Source: Fimbriosthenelais zetlandica
Lineage: Eukaryota
Reading direction: 5' to 3'
Assembly: GCA_977030845.1 (NCBI GenBank)
Contig: OZ365118.1
Span: 4,402,001 to 4,466,000 of the forward strand
Length of the DNA stretch: 64,000 nucleotides
In this document: positions 59,561 through 64,000 of the stretch, piece by piece
How the letters are laid out: each line of letters starts with the position of its first letter
Position numbering within the stretch: position 1 is the first letter of the stretch
The notes under the pieces: generated by a model
Database searches by the model: none
The model's input: only the letters and a program-made list of their open reading frames with translations
Told to the model about the DNA's origin: nothing
Made by a program: the position numbers and the translations under genes

Positions 59561-60034
59561 TGAATAAACTTTAGGCCTATGAATGTAATTTAGGAGTTTA
59601 GTAGACTATTGTAGGAACTTAGGAACTGTTTCCAGCTTTATTTTAAATATGCACACATTAAGGGATATGGGAGAACAACTTAAAAGTTCGGAATTAATTA
59701 TTACTCGAATAAAAATGTGTTTTAATTGTTAAAATGATAAGGAAATATCAATGGATGTGGAAGTATGGAAGGAAAAGACATTCTCCATGACGGCAATGCT
59801 GTCATTTCATTTTAAATCTGTAGCCCCCACCTCCCTGCTAATAGTTAATAATCAGACCTATTAATATGATATTCCATATAGGCCTACCGGTACTTATTAA
59901 TTGATACTTCAGACCAAAAAATCTTGTATTTTTCCCAGAGCTAGCCTATATTACGATTAGTGTAAGATTAAGAGTGATGCATTGGCCTAGGTCTACTCAG
60001 AGAGGTTCTAGTCTCTCTGGTCTACTTTAAAATC

Positions 60035-62197
60035 CTAGAAATTCGCTGAGGACCACTGGAAATCAGGAGTTGCCACGCCGGGTGAGATGACAGGGACAAA
60101 TCCGGCAGGTCCAAACTTGTTAGCGAATTGACCGGGAGGAGAATGGCACTCGGTTGATAAACGCCTTTGTCGACTGTATCTGCCTCCCTCACGGAAAGCC
60201 CAGCCTCTCACATACATACAGCAAAGGCAACTAACACACGTCACAATGACAACGCCTGGAAAACCAACCCAAATTTAAATCAAATTGAGTCAAATTTAAA
60301 AATTGCATAAATTATAGGGCTGCAGGCAAGATTTTCTGAAGGGGAGTATGTAGGAAATCACAGATTTCCCTTTTCATTTATAGAAATATTGATCTTTGAA
60401 AAAGATAAATGAAATAATTGGCTAAATATTAATTTTATGGAATTATGAATTCCTACCATGGATGCCGAGAGAGACGATGACCAGCAGCATTATCAAGAAG
60501 CCCTGGGGTTTCCACGGATCGTAACACTCTTCATCTCCATCGGGGCTGAAGTGATCCAGAGACAAATATAATTATACATCTTTGTAAGGGCTTGTAAGGA
60601 TATGTCAATATAATTGTTATTGTGTATACGATTTATGGGGATTAACAGAAATATTTGTTTTTCTTTTGGTGAACATTTAACAAATAAATAATAAAAAAAA
60701 ATGTGCATGGAATGGATGATAATTATTATTTTTCTTTTTAAAATTTTATTTTTCTTACCAACATTGAACTTCGCCATCTTTCTTCACCTCACATTCATCC
60801 TCATCACATAATCCAAGGGCTTCATATATAGGGCAAGGTTTGTCTGCTAACGACACTAGATAAACGTAAAACACCAATATATACTCTCAATGAAATAATA
60901 CTGGGAGAGATATAGGAACCCACTTTGGTTCTGAGTGCAATGAAAAAGGTTGTAGGCTTATCAAAATATATCATACCGCATTCCTCCTCTTCCGGATCCC
61001 AAAAATATTCCGGCGATTTGCATTTACAAATAGCTGACCCACGCATATTTTGGCATACAGTTCTTTTCTTGTCTGGACAAGGATCGTCCTCTTCCTCCTC
61101 GTAATCTGCTTCACATTCATTTATGTCAACTGAAAAAATACATGACAACTATTATTACATTAGCTCATTTATAGGGGTTGAAGGGAAGGGTGGTGAGGGG
61201 TGGCAGGAACGGTGGGGGGGGGGGGGGGGATCGGGAGGAATTGGTGGGAAGTGTGGGGAGGGATGGTGGGACGGGTGGGAAGGGTTGGTGGGAGGAAGAG
61301 GAGAGATGATAGGATGGAGGAGAGATGATAGGATGGAGGGGAGAGATGGTACTATATATGGGAGAGAGTCGATGGAGAAAGGGAGGAATTGTGGGGAAGG
61401 AGAGGAGAGAATTAGGGGAGGGGAGATGAGGGAGGGAGGGGTGATAAGGGGAGAGTTGAGGGAGGGAAGGTGAGAGTGGAGGGGAGATAGAGAGGGAGTG
61501 AAGCCACCTACCTGAGCACGTTTCATCGAGTTCCTCACCGTCCATATTCATCCAGCGTCCATTAAGACAGGTAATGTTGAACAGGGAGTTACCAAAGTTA
61601 GTCTCCCATCCCTTCATGCATATGATCTGTGTATTGCCACGAATTCCGTCAATGCCTATACTATTTAAATCACACCCATTGTGGTAAGCGTTAGGTCCAA
61701 CGACTGGACATGTACAGAAGTTAATAGCTCCAGCTAAAAATAAAAAATGTATATTCACATATATAGATATAGTCAAGTTGGAGTGAAGTCAAATCTTACT
61801 TCTTAATTGATAGGCTTATACATCATACAATCGTTCAATTCTTTGAACCTTTCAGTTATTTAAAATACCTATAAACGATAGAGACATTATCATAGTTAAT
61901 ATATCATATATCTTGAAAAGGAATACGTAAAAATACAGAAAAAAAAAGTTAAAAAATAAATTCAATTTATTGATGTATTTTCTTTTTTTGTCGTTGCTAT
62001 ATTTACAGTGTACTTGACAATTCCTTATCCGTATTTGACCAGAAATAAGTAAAATATCTGTCATTTAGGCAATTGTTTTGATATGATAAAGTCAACGAAC
62101 TGCCAGGGCCAGGAGGTGGTGTTACACCTTGCACGGTTGTTACCATAGAGAGGACGAGAAGGATGGTCCCCGCCTTTAACCCCCACCCTCCCATCAT
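60035..62197 (-). CDS. Small type I membrane protein: signal peptide, Sushi/CCP-like Cys domain, Ca-binding EGF domain, acidic Cys-rich linker, TM, short cytoplasmic tail; about 280 aa
   Basis: Exons 62101-62197, 61512-61733, 60977-61129, 60759-60819, 60457-60545 and 60035-60255 total 843 nt in one open frame. cbEGF consensus DINEC...C.N..GS..C.C; TM FLIMLLVIVSLGIHGVVIVTCV. The exon-1 donor (gttcgt) and exon-4 acceptor (gaag) are weak. Confidence 0.72.
61180..61500. repeat. Purine/G-rich low-complexity intronic tract
   Basis: Nearly all G and A on the plus strand, with a long G run at about 61212-61229. It lies in the intron between the Sushi-like and EGF exons. Confidence 0.8.
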
Positions 62198-63505
62198 TCA
62201 GCTCCTCTCCACAAATCTGTAATAAAATCATTTTGAAAGTTTAATGATTCTTTTGATAGAAAAATACAACCTATTACAATGTCCCAAGTCATTAAAGCCT
62301 AAAATATTTTTCCTTTTCTTGGTACTGTACATAAAACCCCATGTATATATTTCATAGGTAATCAACCAGGAAATGTGAGTTTTTTTCGGATGGTACGTAG
62401 GCCTATAAGAGCTACTTTTGGGTGGTGTCATATCTGGTCTTATCAAGTGGAAAATGTAAGGGAGTCAACCAAAAAACATAATACAACTCCTTTGTAGGCT
62501 CTATACAGTTTGGCATATACCCCAAAAGCAAACATCTTATATATATTTTACGCTCATGCCAAGGGAAAATAGAGATATATTCGCTTCATAAAATTGGCAT
62601 TATGAAAAGAAAAATTCCCAGCCACGATGTAAACAATAATGAATAAAATAATCATTGACTCCGTTGGATGTCGAAAATGTGGAATGAAATGAAGGTAAAA
62701 CTAATTGTCAAATAAAATTTTAACTCTACAATTTAGAGCGTAGGTCGATGTACCTAACTTTGAATTTTTTGCTTCTTTCGAAGGGATTTTGTGTCAAAGC
62801 TAAAGAAAAAACCAATGACAATATGTACAGATCTAAATCTAAAAAAGATTTAAATATTCAAGAACTAACCTTAAAATCTATGGTTGATATGGGAACGAAA
62901 TGAAGCTGTCCAACGTACAACCTTCCGCTTCTAATGACAGCCAGCAGTTTAATAAGGGAGGAGCATATGACGATACTTGGACAATAATAAAAAAACACTC
63001 ACCACCACACTCACTACACACCCAACGACAGAACCCATCGTCCAGAAACATTACTCTACATGCCATGTCAGCTATTGATAAGTGACATGGCATTGAGCGG
63101 AAAACAGTGAAGAGGTTTTATTCAATTAATAAATATATAATTACTTTCAGATCTCGGATTTTGATCTTATAACATTGGTTAAACAACAATCGAAAAAAAA
63201 CTGGAAAAAAATTAAGATTAAAATATGTAGGCTATGTCAGAAGGTAAGAGACAAAAAGTATTGTTTCTTAAAATATATTTCTTAGTTTATTACTTTCTTT
63301 ACATATATTTTGCCTTAATGCCTAAGCTAAACTACATGTACATGTACTCCATTAATATGCAGTTTTACATTTATAATGAACTTAACATAAATATTCTTGG
63401 CAACTTATTGAATCAAACTGAACATCAGCCAACAATACTCTTGCTGTTACAGAAGCAGTCATAATTTAACATTTGCAGGAAAAACACACATGTATTTTAC
63501 AAGCA

Positions 63506-64000
63506 TTATTTCTCAGGATCACTGAGCAAATCACTTTTGCAACTGTTTTTGCGGGTTGAAAACAACTTCCGAAGATCCTCTCTAAACTTGGAACCTCCAA
63601 GACAGTAGAGGAAGAAATTGACGGCGTGGTTGGTGTAGTAAAGTTTGTGTGTTAAATGGTAAAGGAATATGTAGAGAGCATGATCAAAGGCGGACGCATT
63701 GAAGTCAACATAAGTGTAGACGATATAACGTACATAGACTGGTGTAGTCAGGAGGAGAAAGACTATGTTAACCAGTAGAAGAGTGACTGTCAGTTGGGTC
63801 TGGTAGTCACCAGATTTCTGCTTCACCTCCAACTGTCCTCGACTAATGTTCATCTGATATTTATTAATGAGCTTCCATTCCCTCTCCTTCAGTGTTAAAA
63901 TGATCATCATGTTTATGGTGAAGAGACAAATGAATGGTAAAACTGCATTAACTACAATGCTAATCATAGCAAAAACCTTCACGAAATTCCCATCTCCTCT
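63506..64000 (-). CDS. Third class A GPCR of the same family (TM5-TM7 and C-terminus; 5' part lies beyond the window)
   Basis: The frame is open to the window edge (RGDGNFVKVFAM...). QLTVTLLLVNIVFLLLTTPVYVRYIVY and HKLYYTNHAVNFFLYCLGGSKFR parallel copies A and B. Confidence 0.9.
   Translation of the reverse strand, partial: RGDGNFVKVFAMISIVVNAVLPFICLFTINMMIILTLKEREWKLINKYQMNISRGQLEVKQKSGDYQTQLTVTLLLVNIVFLLLTTPVYVRYIVYTYVDFNASAFDHALYIFLYHLTHKLYYTNHAVNFFLYCLGGSKFREDLRKLFSTRKNSCKSDLLSDPEK

Noticed and set aside
61123-61538. Gly/Glu/Arg-rich and Pro/Ser-rich ORFs
   Set aside because: Translations of the purine-rich intron of the Sushi-EGF gene.

Overview
AT-rich, intron-dense eukaryotic DNA from an invertebrate bilaterian. 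A spiralian/lophotrochozoan origin is inferred from the contactin architecture and the GPCR family, not proven. I reconstructed the genes by hand, using GT-AG boundaries that keep the reading frame. In order: ARMC3 (minus, 394-10421), with a tRNA-derived SINE in one intron and a 5'-truncated CR1 LINE with an intact ORF2 just upstream of its first coding exon (inferred intron 1); PIBF1/CEP90 head-to-head with it (plus, 15169-19967); about 12 kb of non-coding DNA; contactin (CTL-6Ig-4FN3-GPI, plus, 32494-40945); a divergent two-exon class-B-like 7TM protein; a single-exon 592-aa orphan ORF; an 11-exon ammonium transporter; three intronless FMRFamide-receptor-like class A GPCRs (a tandem pair plus one truncated by the window edge); and a small 6-exon Sushi-like/cbEGF type I membrane protein. 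The best second-look items are: two frame-preserving microexon clusters in ARMC3; a headless class-B-like 7TM gene behind RFX X-boxes and a TATA box; the Sushi-EGF-TM orphan; gene-conversion-like mosaicism in the GPCR pair; possibly interleaved 5' ends of Amt and the orphan gene; and a dense TAGGCCTA palindrome cluster around a promoter-like island with no assigned gene. No database search was possible, so novelty claims are untested.
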